DNA of 64,000 nucleotides. It comes from Chiloscyllium plagiosum (Eukaryota). A program made the position numbers and the translations under genes. The first letter of the stretch is position 1, and every line of letters starts with the position of its first letter. The stretch covers positions 49,733,476 to 49,797,475 of the forward strand of contig NC_057728.1 of assembly GCF_004010195.1 (NCBI RefSeq), read 5' to 3'. Positions 11,766-24,054 of the stretch are shown here, piece by piece. A model generated the notes under the pieces. It did not search any database and was not told the origin of the DNA. It saw nothing but the letters and a program-made list of their open reading frames with translations.

Positions 11766-12726
11766 GAACCTTGTAATTTTATTTCTGCGCTTTTCAAAAT
11801 TGCAGATTGAAATGATAATTGTTTTAAAACCAGTGTCTCCAAAAGGATGGCTGCGTAGTTTGAAAGTCAGTAACCTGACAATTATGGCAAGCATGGTCAA
11901 TAACTGACTAAACAAGCAGGAATTGAAGTGGATGCAGATGAGCAGGTGTTCTGTATTCAGTTGGCAATACATTTTAATTGGTCTATGGACTAGTGACCAG
12001 TTATCAATAATGAAGGTCTTTTGTCTGCCAACTATTAAATGATTAGTCTTTATACAATAAGACATAGGAGCAGAATTAGGCCATTTGGCCCAATGAGCCT
12101 GCGCTGCCATTTGATCACGGCTAGGGGGTGAGAACATGATACAGAGAAGGGTTTCCAGTTCATGCACTGTCTCACTGATCTTTGCAATCAAAGCTCACTT
12201 TAAACTTGAAAAAAACATTAACCTTTTCTTCAGCAGTTTCTGTAAGCTATGACTTTAAATTGCTAAATCAGAGACTTTTTACAAGTGAACCAGTTACCCT
12301 ATGCCTCTTGCGAACCAATGGAAGCATTCAGAAAGGGAAAACGAGAATAAACTTTCAGATCAGCAAGGGCCAACTCAACAGAATTAGTGAATAAAATCGA
12401 CTAAACCGTTCTTCTCATGTTACCCCTCCCTTGTATGTTGTTTTCTCTGACTCTATGCCTGTCTGTGTGAGTGTAAGCAAAGTTTCGAAGGGATTATAGT
12501 TTTAATTTAGAATGTCACATGGCAGCAGTTTATAACTGTTTACCTCACACTTGAGTTTAATTCGTTTAATAAGTAATAATTCTTGTTAAGCACAGAAACC
12601 ATGCTTTCTATCAACTGGTGACTGTCCGTCAAGGTAAATAGGGGATACATCTTATTTTGATCTTTACATTTGTGATGACTCTGGGAATAATAGGGATTAT
12701 TTTTAACACACTGTCCCAATGTCACA

Positions 12727-13001
12727 TGACAGTATTGACCCTCTGACAGTGCAGCACTCCCTCAGTTACTGACCCTCTGACAGTGTGGCACTCCCTCAGA
12801 TCTGAGCATCTCACACTTTGGCTCTCCCTCAGTACTGACCCTCTGACAGTGCAGCACTCCCTCAGGACTGAACCTCGGACAGTGTGGCACTCCCTCAGGA
12901 CTGACCCTCTGACAGTGCAGCACTCCCTCAGTATTGACCCTCTGACAATGCAGTACTCCCTCAGTACTGACCATCCTACAGTGCAGCACTCCCTCAGTAC
13001 T
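12727..13001. repeat. 33-bp minisatellite (CAGTACTGACCCTCTGACAGTGCAGCACTCCCT)n, about 8 units
   Basis: Head-to-tail tandem units; 11-aa periodicity in the overlapping ORFs. Confidence 0.9.
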
Positions 13002-13320
13002 GTAGTGTTAGCCTGAATTTTGTGCTGAATGCTTCATTATGGTCTCAAATCCACAAATTTCTGACTAAGAGGCAAGTGAGCTACCCATTGAATTACACCT
13101 TCCCCTTGTCTACAGGCTATAACTTTCTCCTGTGACTTTCAGTTCATCGCAGACCCGTGACCCGAACCCTGCAAGTGGGGATGATTTTTTAAAATTATCC
13201 ATTTGTGGGACATGGGTGTCACTGGCTGACCAGCATTTAATTGCCCATTGTGACTGCCCTCTGCATTGCTCTGAGTCACTCAGTGAACTTGTTGTTGGTG
13301 TTTGACTGACAATATCCACA

Positions 13321-13521
13321 TCCTGGATTAGTGGTGCTGGAAGAGCACAGCAGTTCAGACAGCATCCAAGGAGCAGTAAAATCGACGTTTCGGGCAAAAG
13401 CCCTTTTTGCCTGAAATGTCGTTTTTACTGCTCCTCGGATGCTGCCTGAACTGCTGTGCTCTTCCAGCACCACTACTCCAGGATCTGGTTTCCAGCATCT
13501 GCAGTCATTGTTTTTACACCC
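13321..13521. mobile_element. Palindromic family A Penelope-derived element with TSD
   Basis: Inverted arms centred about 13403; flanks CTGACAATATCCACA (13306-13320) and CTGACAACATCCACA (13522-13536). Confidence 0.8.
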
Positions 13522-14043
13522 CTGACAACATCCACAGCAGAATGGACCTGAGCGGAGAAGTAACATCTTTAAACCACAAGAGGGAGGTGTTTGCTTCTTT
13601 ATGGCACATTCGTGAAGGAGTCTGTTTATTCTGTCCAAAGGCAAGATGTTTGGGATGATGTCTCAATGTAAGATAAATGTGAGCTTTCTGTCCTGCTAAG
13701 AGAGATGAAGTGACAAAATTATTTGTAAAAGAAGATGGGGCAAAGGGAGGGAGTAAAGGGATCTGCCAACACAAATGTGCAAATCGGTCCAAATAAGAGC
13801 ACAGTCAGAAAATCCATGGATAAAAGCAGACGCAAAGTCTCATTTCTAGATGGATAGGTTGGGAAAGTTGGGGAGGGAATATCACTCAGATCGGATTTGA
13901 CTCTGTTTGGAGTAATTGACTGTTCTGTAGGAGCTGCTCCCCATGATGAAGTTCATTGCTGCTGCCATCCTCTGTACAAGCTCCCATTGGAGACCAACCC
14001 CTGGCCCAATGAGAAGAAGCCTGTTAGAGTTAACAAGACCTAG

Positions 14044-14543
14044 TTTAATTGAATAAAGATTCGTACACCTTGTGTCTCTCACTGTGTCTCACACCTGCAC
14101 ACACACAACATGGGTGCTGGGGAAAAAATAAGCACTACCGCACTTAGGTGGTAGTGTGGGGGTTAATACCGCAGTTACATTAGAGCCCGGGTGTCCTTGG
14201 AGAAGGAGCACGCGGTGTCGACCAACACCCTGGAGTTGTTCAGGGAGAGGTGGGCGCCACAGGGAGTGGAGTGTATTATTTCCCCCTCCAACTCTATTTT
14301 GATTTAGTCCCTACCCTCCCCTTCACTGTTTGATCACGGAGCATTGCCCTTTGATGTGAAGGGCACTGCTTGTCACTTGCCACTCGGATGTTTCCTTTCT
14401 TCGTGGTGGTGGATATTTGAATAAAGATTCGTGCACCTTGTGTCTCTCACTGTGTCTCATACCTGCACACACAGGTGCTGGGGTGCTGGGGAAAAAATAG
14501 GCGGTTAGGCAGTAGTGTGGGGGGTAAAAAAAAGAAAAAAAAA
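14044..14543 (+). mobile_element. 5'-truncated Tx1/L1-clade LINE with duplicated 3' terminus and poly(A)
   Basis: 14170-14307 encodes RSYIRARVSLEKEHAVSTNTLELFRERWAPQGVECIISPSNSILI*, resembling a Tx1 ORF2 C-terminus, then 3' UTR, AATAAA and an A-rich tail; ACCTAG on both flanks. Confidence 0.7.
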
Positions 14544-15419
14544 CCTAGCTTGTTGCATGTTACGAGCTCAATACAGGTGACAGGCATTGTTCACAGAGAC
14601 ATAGAGAGGTGCAGGTGGGGAGTGAGGGGGACTGAGTCTCAGTCTTTCGGGATCCCGTGCCATTTTGTACACAACTCCACATGGCATTGCCATCATGGGT
14701 GGCACTTAACACACTCCTCAGCATTGCCCCTTACAGATCCTTACAGGCCCATGTACAACATGGTGAGAGATCTTGTGAAGTAGTCATAGTGTCCCCATCT
14801 CTGACCCAGGAGACCTGGGTTCAAGACCCCTCTGTTCCAGTGATGAGTCACAAGATGTCCGAATGAGTTGGTTAAAACAATATTGTGTACTATTCTGGCT
14901 GCCATTTTACTAAAAGGACTCTGGAGAAAGTGCATAAAAACAATTACAAGGGTTCTGTTTGGAAAAAATACACAAACTGGGAATCTACCTGCCTGGAAAA
15001 AGGAAGACTGGAGCTGGAGGTGTCTCTTAAATAGACACAGAAAGCAGGGGAAGGATTCTGTCTCCATGTTTCTGACCCCACTCCAATGGGGAAGAAGTCA
15101 AGAATGTGAGTGAGTTGGGAATACAGGGAATGCTGATTGAGTTGGGGGATGAGGAAGGATAGGAGAAGGTTAGGGCATCAATGATGGTATGGTTAAGGGA
15201 AGGTGATGGCCTCCTGGTATTGTCATTAAACTATCAATCCAGGGACTCTGGTCATGTTCCAGGGTACCAGGTCCAAATCCTGTCACAGCAGGTGATGGAA
15301 TTTGAATGCATCACAAATCTGGAATTAAAAGTCTTAATGAAGACCATGAAACTGTGGCTGATTGTCAGGTTAAAAAAAAATCATTGGATTCAGTAACGGT
15401 CTAGCATATATGTGAAGTT

Positions 15420-16910
15420 AGAGTGGTAGACGTTGTCTACATGGACTTTAGTAAGGCCTTCAACAAGGTTCTGCATGGTAGACTGGTTAGTAAAGTTAGA
15501 TCACATGGGATCCAGGGAGAGCTAGCCAATTGGATACAAAATCAGCTTGATGATAGGAGACAGAGGATGGTAGGAAAGGTTGTTGTTCAGACTGGAGGCC
15601 TGTGACCAGTGCCGTGCCTCAAGGAGCAGTGCTGGGTCCACTGTTGTTCATCATTTATATAATTGACTTGGATGAGAACGTAGGAAGCATTGTTAGTACA
15701 TTAGTGGATGACACCAAGATTGATGGTATAGTGGACAGTGAAGAAGGTGATTCCAGAGTACAACAGGCTCTTGATTGATTGGGCCAGTGGCCTGAGGAAT
15801 GGCAGGTGGAGTTTAATGCAGATAAGCACGAGGTGTTGCATTTTGGTAAGACAAACCACGGCAAGACTTTATAGTTAATGGTAGGGCCCTGGGAAGAATT
15901 CAGTCGAGAGTGTGGTGCTAGAAAAGCACAGCAGGTCGGGCAGCATCCGAGGAGCAGGAGAGTCAATGTTTCAAACAAAAGCCCTTCATCAGGAATGCCC
16001 CGAAGCCCTCATTCCTGGTAAAGGGCTTTTGCCTGAAACGTTGACTCTTCTGCTCCTTGGATACTGCCTGACCTGCTGTGCTTTTCCAGCATCACACTCT
16101 CAACTCTGGTCTCCAGCATCTGCAGTCCTCACTTTCGCCCTGGAGAGAATTGTTGAACAGAGAGAGACCTGGAGGTGCAGGTACGTATTTCCTTGAAAGT
16201 GGCGTCACAGGTGGACAGGATGGTGAAGAAGGTGTTTTCACATTTACCTTCATCAGTCAGAGCGTTGAGTATGGGCGCTTAAAAATGTGTTGCTGGAAAA
16301 GCGCAGCAGGTCAGGCAGCATCAAAAGAACAGGCGAATCGATGTTTCGGGCATAAGCCCTTCTTCAGGAGAATGGGAGTTGAGATTTCATGTTACAGCTG
16401 TGTGCGACATTGGTAAGGCCACCTTTGGAGAATTTCATACAATTCCTTTTGCCCAACTATAGGAAGGATGTTACTAAACTGAAAGGGTGCAAATAATGAT
16501 TTACAAAGATATTACTGAGACTGATGGATTTGAGTTATGAGAGTGGTAGATGCAGGTACAGTTACACATTTAAAAGACATTTGGTTAGGTTCATGAGCGG
16601 GAAAGATTTGGAGGGTTGTGGGCCAAATGCATGCAAGTCGGAGGACTAGTCAGTGTGGACTAGTTCGACTGAAGGGTGTGTTTCCATACTGTATGACTCT
16701 GTGAGAGGCTGGATAGGCTGGAACTTCTTTCCGAGGAGTATAGGAGGCTGAGGGGTGATCTTATAGAGGTTTATAAAATCATGAGGTGCATGGATGAGGT
16801 GAATAGCTAAGGTGGGGAGTCCAAAACTGAAAAGCATAAGTTTAAGGTGAGAGGACAATGATTAAGAACCTGAGAAGCAACATTTTCATAGAGAGGGTGG
16901 TGCGTATATT
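15420..16910 (+). mobile_element. Degraded CR1 LINE (RT region) interrupted by two hammerhead elements
   Basis: VDVVYMDFSKAFNKVLHGRL...; nested insertions at 15901-16136 and 16276-16367. Confidence 0.85.
15901..16136. mobile_element. Palindromic family A element nested in CR1
   Basis: Inverted arms; flanks GCCCTGGGAAGAATT (15886-15900) and GCCCTGGAGAGAATT (16137-16151). Confidence 0.8.
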
Positions 16911-17964
16911 AGCTGTGTCATGCTGAGAGCTGAGGCCAATTGAGACTCATCGATGAAGGACATTGATAACCCTCTGCATTCACTCAGGGCTTGCCTCTGG
17001 GAGATCACAAATTCTGGGTACTGTACCTCTGGAAACGAATATTGGTCCTGGAGTAGGAACAGCTCAGATTCATCTGCTGTTTGTAGCTACTCCACAGTAT
17101 GTCACATTCACACCCCGACTATAACTCACCTTCAACCACTCTGTGATTGGTTTTATGTGGGGATATTTGTAGTATTTCATTTGTAGCTGGGTTTTATGTG
17201 GCATTTTGTCAAAAACCTTTTGTCAAATCCAAATACAGTACATTTACTGGGTCTCCTTTATCTCCCCAATTAGTTACATCCTCATAAACCTGAGATGCAA
17301 TTTTAGCTTTTATAAAACCGTATGTATCCTCTGCCTAATTAGTTTATGATGACTCTTGTTGACATTTCTTTAATAAGGGAAAACTGTTTGCCCTGATAGA
17401 TCACAGAAGATGCAGATCCAAGGTGATGAAACAACCAGAGGTGAAAGGGAGAATATTTTCTTTAATACAGTGAAATGTTATGATCTGGAGTGTGCTGCCT
17501 GAAGCAGAATAAATAGGAACTTTCAAGAGAAATTGATTAAAAACACAAAAAAGGAAAATGACTGGGCAGATTAGGTGAATTGGGTCTGTATTATTGAAGA
17601 ACAAGAGGTGATCTCATTGAAACCTCCAAAATACTTAAAAGGAGAGGCTGGGTAGATGTGGGTGAGGCAGTGCCAATGGGCGGGAAGTCAGGAGACACAA
17701 ATTAAAAATAAGGGCATGCCACTTCAGACTAACATGGGAATTTGGTTTTCACTCAGAGGGCTTTGAATCCTTGGAATTCTTGACTCCAGAGGAAGCTCTA
17801 ACTTTGCTGTGTTTAAGATGGAGGTCAATCAATTTTTGAATACCATCGGTACAGAAAGTTTATGGGGATAAAGTGGGCAAAAGGCAGTGATGTGCTCAAT
17901 CAGCCATGATTGTCCTGAATGGCAGGGCAGTCTCGATGGGCTGAATGGCCTACTCTTGTTCCTA

Positions 17965-18076
17965 GGCGAAAGTAAGGACTGCAGAGTCTAGATTAGAGTG
18001 GTGCTGGAGAAGCACAGCAGGTCAGGCAGCATCCGAGGAGCAGGAGAATCGACATTTTGGGCAAAAGCCCTTCATT
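17965..18076 (-). mobile_element. Family A element, single arm, appended to a CR1 3' end
   Basis: GGACTGCAGA...GTGGTGCTGGAGAAGCACAGCAGGTCAGGCAGC...GGGCAAAAGCCCTTCAT. Confidence 0.7.
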
Positions 18077-19639
18077 AGAAATTTTGTATTCCTGCTCCTA
18101 TCTTGGCAAGGCCAAGGGGAAAGTGCAGGGGAGGGTAGGACTTATTGCGAATCTCTTTCAAAGAGCTGGCAGAGGTACAAAGGATTCACTGTGGCATCTC
18201 ATGACTCGATGGCCCGGGTATGTTAACTTTTATATCTGTCTCCACAGACGCTGCTTGACCTGCTAAGTGTTGCCAACAGTTTCTGCTTCTAATTCCAAGA
18301 AGCTTCCTGATCCAGTCTGACAGTAATACACATTGACAGCCGTCACTCAGGCTGAGCTATTAAAGAGGTGGATGTGTTTGCTACTCCCAGGTTTCAAAAT
18401 GGAATAGCTCATGGTTTGATTAACAATTCGGATGCACAAGCGGTTTCACGTTTGGAATCATTTGTGGTTTATTTCAACCACCTTTGCTGTTCCAACACAA
18501 CACCCTTAAGGCAAGAGCTAGGTGGAAATGGGGTGGGAACAGACTAAAAGATTTTGACAAGAGAGTGGTATAATTAATTCACTTTGACACCGAGATATGT
18601 GCCCAGGTAGTGAGTGCAGTTGAGCGTGAGAGTATTAGACAATTTGCAGGCGAGTTTTTTAACGGGAGAGAATTGTGGCTGTTTTGCTGATTAGAGGGCA
18701 TATTGCAAAGGGATGTGCAAATGGTGAAAGTCTATGAAATAAGGAAGGTGAGCAGAATGGGGTATTTGATAAGTATTCATTGAGAGTTTCAGCCACTGAC
18801 CCAGAAGCAAGAAATGCAACTCAAGGACTTGCATAACGTTGCAAGACAGATAAATATTCAGATTAGGTTATTGTTCACATTTCATTTCTGTTTTCTGCAT
18901 TGTATCTTCAAAAGGAACATGTCAAATGATAAAGGAGGTTTACCAATATGCTGCCTGCACTATGAAGAAAGATTGTACAGGCTGGAGTTATTTTCCTTGG
19001 AACAGTGAAGACAGACAGGGAACTGGTTAAGGTGGAGAAGATTAAGAGGTGCACAAATTGGAGGATAGGCACTTTTATTCCAATAGTACATGAGTGAATA
19101 ATCAGAGGGGATACATTTAATAGCAATTCATTCGTGGGATGTGGGCATCGCTGGATGGACAGCATTTATTGCCCGTCCCTAGTTGCCCCTTGAGAAGGTG
19201 TGGTGAGCTGCCTTCTTGAACCACTAGAGTCCACCTGCTGTTGGTTGACCCACAGTATTATTAGCGAGGAGATTCCACGATTTTGACCCAGCGACACTGA
19301 ACTAACAGCGATAAATGTCTAAGTCGAGATGGTGAGTGGCTTGGAGGGGAACTTGCAGGTGATGCCGTTCCTTTTTTACGTGCTGTCCTTGGCCTTCTGG
19401 ATGGAAGCAGTTGTAAGTTTGAAAGCTGCTGTCTGAGGATCTTTGGCAAATTGCTGCAGTGCCTCTGGTAAATTGTACATACTACTACAACTGAGCATTG
19501 GTGGTGGAGGGAGTGGTTGTTGGTGGTGCCTGTCAAGTGGGCACTTACATCCTGGATGCTGTCAAGCTTCATGATATACCAGAAAAATATTTCCTCTGGC
19601 TTGCGTGTCATTTATCAGAAAGAGTCAAGAGAGGTTTTG

Positions 19640-20089
19640 GATGTAGGTTTGCTCACTGAGCTGGAAGGTTCACTTCCAGATGTTTCATCACCCTACTAAG
19701 TAACATCTTCAGTGGGCCTCTGGGCGAAGCACTGCTGATAATTCCTGCTTTCTATTTATGTTTTGGGTTTCTTTGGATTGGTGATGTCATTTCCTGTGGT
19801 GAAGTCACTTCCTGTTCCTTTTCTCAGGGGGTGGTAGATGGAGTCTAACTCAATATGTTTGTGTCTAACACATCGAGTTATACCCCTGAGAAAAGGAACT
19901 GGAAGTGACTTTGCCACAGGAAGTGATGTCATCACAGGAAATGACATCACCAACCCAAAGAAACCCAAAATGTATAAATAGAAAGCATGGTTTATCAGCA
20001 GTGCCTCGCCAGAGGTGCACTGAAGATGTTACCCAGTAGGGCAACGAAAAGTCTGGAATGAACCTTCCAGCTCAGCGAGCAAACCTACA
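19640..20089. mobile_element. Non-autonomous Penelope (family B): two inverted pLTRs forming a hairpin of about 450 bp
   Basis: GATGTAGGTTTGCTCACTGAGCTGGAAGG... on the left with its reverse complement on the right; same sequence as the pLTRs of the GIY-YIG element at 29090-29807. Confidence 0.85.
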
Positions 20090-21197
20090 GTGAAACCTGG
20101 TCAAGCCATCAACTTGTCTCTGAAAGACAGGGAAGTTTACGAACTTTGTAAATTGGGACAAATCGGATGAGGAGTCAGAAGCGGCAAGATGGACTGAATG
20201 GCCTGCTTCTGGATGTAAGCTTCTATGAACATGGTGCAACCAAAGCAGCCGCTCACAGGATGGGATGTAAGCTTTAATGGAATTTTTAAAAGTTGGAATT
20301 AAATAAATCTTTAAATCTTAGTACACCTGCTGGTGAGCTTTATTGTCGTCGCACAAGATGAACCTGTCGTTTGGTGAGATTGATCAAGTTACACGCTTTG
20401 TTTTGTTAAGTCAGTTTTAAAGGATTTGAGAGGGTGGAGTCACTCTCATTGCTTCAGGTTTCATTGTCACAGATATACCAGCCTTAAGGCAGCAGGCTGG
20501 TACAATGCCAGCAGTCCTGTTAATGTGTCAGCTTTCATTTGCCAGACATTGAACATTGAGGGTAGTGTATGCCCACATGATCCATGTTGGACTTGCTTTA
20601 CCTTGATGAAAATAGAAAAGGCAATTTCCAACTGTCATCTTTGCTCAAAGCTCCCTTGTGCAGTGGGGAAAAGAGACCGTGGTATGAGTTTCAGGGCCTC
20701 TGGCTGAAATTAGCTCCATTCTGAACATTGTCTGCACCAATACCTTAGCCTTCAGGAGGAATAGGTCTATACAAGGCCTAATGCGGGCTAATTAGAAAAT
20801 CTCACATTGACCAGCTGCCCTAACTCATCCCACCTCTGGGAGGGTGGGATGAGCATCTGGTACCCGCTTGACTGTGGCAGAATTCAAAACAACTGGGCAA
20901 ATCAGCAACACGGCTGGGATCTTGCTGTGCACTTCCCCCAACTGAAAGGACCCAGACAAACATCTTCTGCAACTGTCCTAAAGCTGCCTGAATATGCTGT
21001 TAATTGCAACATGCAAGCAATCACGAAAATAAAGACTGAATATTTATTTGTCCGGTGGGATTACTTCTGCCGAACTGCTGACGCTCGACCTTTCCAAACC
21101 TGCTTTACAGGTTTTGGGAGGGTTCATAGGAAAACACCTCAATCGTAAACTGATCACGTGGACAGTCAGGATTGCAGGTAGGTTGCATTGAAATAAC

Positions 21198-21535
21198 TTA
21201 GAATCCCTACAGTGTGGAAACTGGCCCTTTGGTCCAGCAAGTCCACACTGACCCTCCAAAGGATATCCCACCCAGACCCATTCCCCTATTACTCTGCATT
21301 ACTCCTGATTAATGCACCCAGCCTACATATCCCTGAACACTATGGGCAATTTAGCATGGCCAATTCACCTAACTTGCACATCCTTGGACTGTGGGAGGAA
21401 ACTGGAGCACCCAGAGGAAACCCACGCAGACATGGGGAGAATGTGCAAATTCCACACAGTCACCCGAGGTTGGAATCGAACCTGGCTTTGCTGCCGCTGT
21501 GAGGCAGCAGTGCTAACCACTGAGCTATCATGCTG
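21198..21535 (-). mobile_element. HE1-like V-SINE
   Basis: Same head, V-domain and tail as 3864-4167. Confidence 0.85.
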
Positions 21536-21798
21536 TTCCTTATGATGACCCTTATCAGCCACAGGAACTGGTTTCTCCTTCTATCGGAATCCCTTGGTCA
21601 TTCTACAGGCTTTCATTGATCAAGCCAGCTCTCAGCTCTTCAGTCAGAGCACAGACAGCTCCTCTCTCTCTAAAATACACGCCGCCTCCATCCAGCCACT
21701 GACTGCCAGCCAGAATGTGTCGAGGCGTGCAGCTCTATCCACTCAGGTGTTCCCACTTTCACAAATGCAGCATCACACATTCAGTGAACGAGGCAAGT

Positions 21799-21804
21799 TT
21801 TATT
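21799..21804 (-). promoter_or_regulatory. Candidate PKP2 polyadenylation signal (AATAAA)
   Basis: TTTATT on +, about 1.8 kb downstream of the stop; an alternative lies at about 20339. Confidence 0.3.
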
Positions 21805-23569
21805 CAGCTGAAGAATGCAGTCGTGTCAGACCGACTGCACAGCATATAATGTCCAAAAGACTGTTTACGTTTTAGACACCAAATAAATTGAACTCACACA
21901 CACCCAATTCCAGAGGCTCAATCCAAAAACACACTGGTTTTATGTTTTCTTGAGAAAAATGATCCTCTTAATCCCCTCCAAGGATCCTCCCCTAGGCTAC
22001 CTTCCCCAAATAAACCCACTGGGATGTAAAATCTACACGCAGATTAATAAGCTAACGAAATCAAAGCCTTCAACTTTCAATGGATGAGCTTTCTGTTCAG
22101 AGTCAGAGAAAAGAGGGTTTTAACACCATAGTACAAAGCAGAAAATGCACTACCTCAGAAACCAAAGTGGTGGGTGCTAATGGCAGCGTCTCTCAGCACC
22201 GCTGCCAAGTTACACAAGGCTGGCTCCCCCATCACGCGCACCCACAGTGGGTAATTGGCCTCTACTCCACATGCAAATATGCAGGCTCATTATCCCCTTA
22301 GGGGTCCCTTTAGAAAGTTTGCAATGTCTGTGCCCTGCGATAAAATAGGATCAGCCTGAATCCCATCAAAACTGATCCCCTGTCAAGGGACCTGAAAGGG
22401 AAGTGTTGAATGCTTTCATTTCAAAACATGTCTTGCTCCCAACTGGCTGATCAATAACGTTACATTTGACTGTCACTGCGCGCCCACACACACAGCCCCA
22501 CCCCCTCCCCCTCCCCGCCTGCACTAGTCACAAGTTCTAGGTCATGGAATCTTATAGAACAGAAGGAGACTGCTCAGCTTAAGCTCAAACTCTGAAAGGA
22601 CAATGCAATCTGTCCCATTCTCCTGTCTGTCCCTCACATCCTAGATTTCTATGTCGCAAGCACCTTTCAAACTCACGGCCACTTCCGTCTGGAAGGACAA
22701 AGTCAGCAGATACATGGGAACACCACCCCCCCTGCAAGTTCCCCTCTGAGCCATTCACTCTCCCAACTTGAAAATGTGTTGCTGTCCCTTCACTGTCGCT
22801 GAGTCAAAATCCTGGAATTCCCTCTCTAACAGCATCGTGGGTCCTTCTACAGCAGTGGTTCAGGAAGGCAGCTCACCAACACCTTCTCAAGGGCAACTAG
22901 GGATGGGCAATAAATGACACCCCTGCCATTTATTTGCATTCCAAGACCCAATTAGTGAAAAGAAATCTTTCACTTTAGAGACTGAACCCTGATAAATATA
23001 AATGAGTAATTTGCATATTCTAAAAGGCACTGTCAGACATTGAAATGCTAACCCAGTCAATGTATTTGTACAGCTAAAACAGAGCAGGTATGCTATAATT
23101 AGGTATCAAGTCTCCTTCTCAACACGGTAATGGCACAGTGGAGCCAGTGGTAGTTCAGATACAAGCTGCCCAGCACAATAATGTTCCTTTTCTTCCTGGG
23201 AATTTGAGGATTTGTAGGTGGAATGCTAATCCATTGTCATGTGTTGCCTGGAGGGTGTTAACCAGTCATCCACACTTGGAACGTTAGCTTGCTCTCTCTC
23301 CATGGATACTGCCATCTCCAGCATTTGTTGTTTTCAGTGTTTAACAGCTTGTCTGACCTTCGGGTCATGGCTATAGAGCAGCAGTAGTCCACCTGGCAGT
23401 CGGAATGAAGGAGCTGTTACTCAGCACAGAGTTGAACTCGGTAAAGCCCTGACCTGTATCACTGCCTGGATAACGCCAGCCAAGGAAATGTGGGTCCTCC
23501 CCAAAAGTAAACTCTTCCCCCTCCTCATGGGAAAGGGGCTTGTTGGCGTCATCGCTGTCTCTGTCAATC

Positions 23570-23653
23570 TCAGTAAAACGACTTCCGTTCACGAGCTGCA
23601 TGATAGGCCTTTGTCGTTCGGTTATTGATAAAATCTGACTTGGTGAATCCAGC
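23570..23653 (-). CDS. PKP2: Plakophilin-2 terminal coding exon (not in ORF track in this frame)
   Basis: 84 nt: AGFTKSDFINNRTTKAYHAARERKSFY*, resembling the PKP2 C-terminus AQFKKTDFVNSRTAKAYH; acceptor TTCGAAG|. Confidence 0.9.
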   Translation of the reverse strand, partial: AGFTKSDFINNRTTKAYHAARERKSFY

Positions 23654-23847
23654 CTTCGAATTAAACAAAGCAAATTCTCAATAAGTAACAGAGCAGAGAA
23701 GAATGGTCCCACATTCCTATAATACTCTGTCAACCTCAGGGAATCCCAAAGAGCCAATGAACGACTTTATTTGCAAAGTGGCAACTGTTGTAGTGTGAAC
23801 AACCCAGCCACCAATGTGTGCACAGCAAGCTGCCATAAACAGCAATG

Positions 23848-24054
23848 ATGTGGAGGTGATGGTGTTGGACTGGGGTGGACAAAGTTAAAAATGACAACGC
23901 CAGGTTCTAGTCCAACAGGTTTATTTGGAAGCACTCGCTTTCTGAGCGCTGCCTCTTCATCAAGCAACCACCTGCTGAAGAGGCAGTGCCTTGAAAGCTA
24001 GTGCTTCCAAATAAACTTGTTGGACTACAACCTGGTGTTGTGTGATTTTTAACT
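23848..24054. mobile_element. Palindromic Penelope-derived element (family C) in the last PKP2 intron
   Basis: Inverted arms with a CTG.TGA-AG.GGCAG...GAAAGCTA core; 13-bp TSD ATAAACAGCAATG (23835-23847 and 24055-24067). Confidence 0.8.

Noticed and set aside
23371..23757. 128-aa minus-strand ORF
   Set aside because: Off-frame read through the PKP2 terminal exon and 3' UTR; the homologous frame is 23570-23653.
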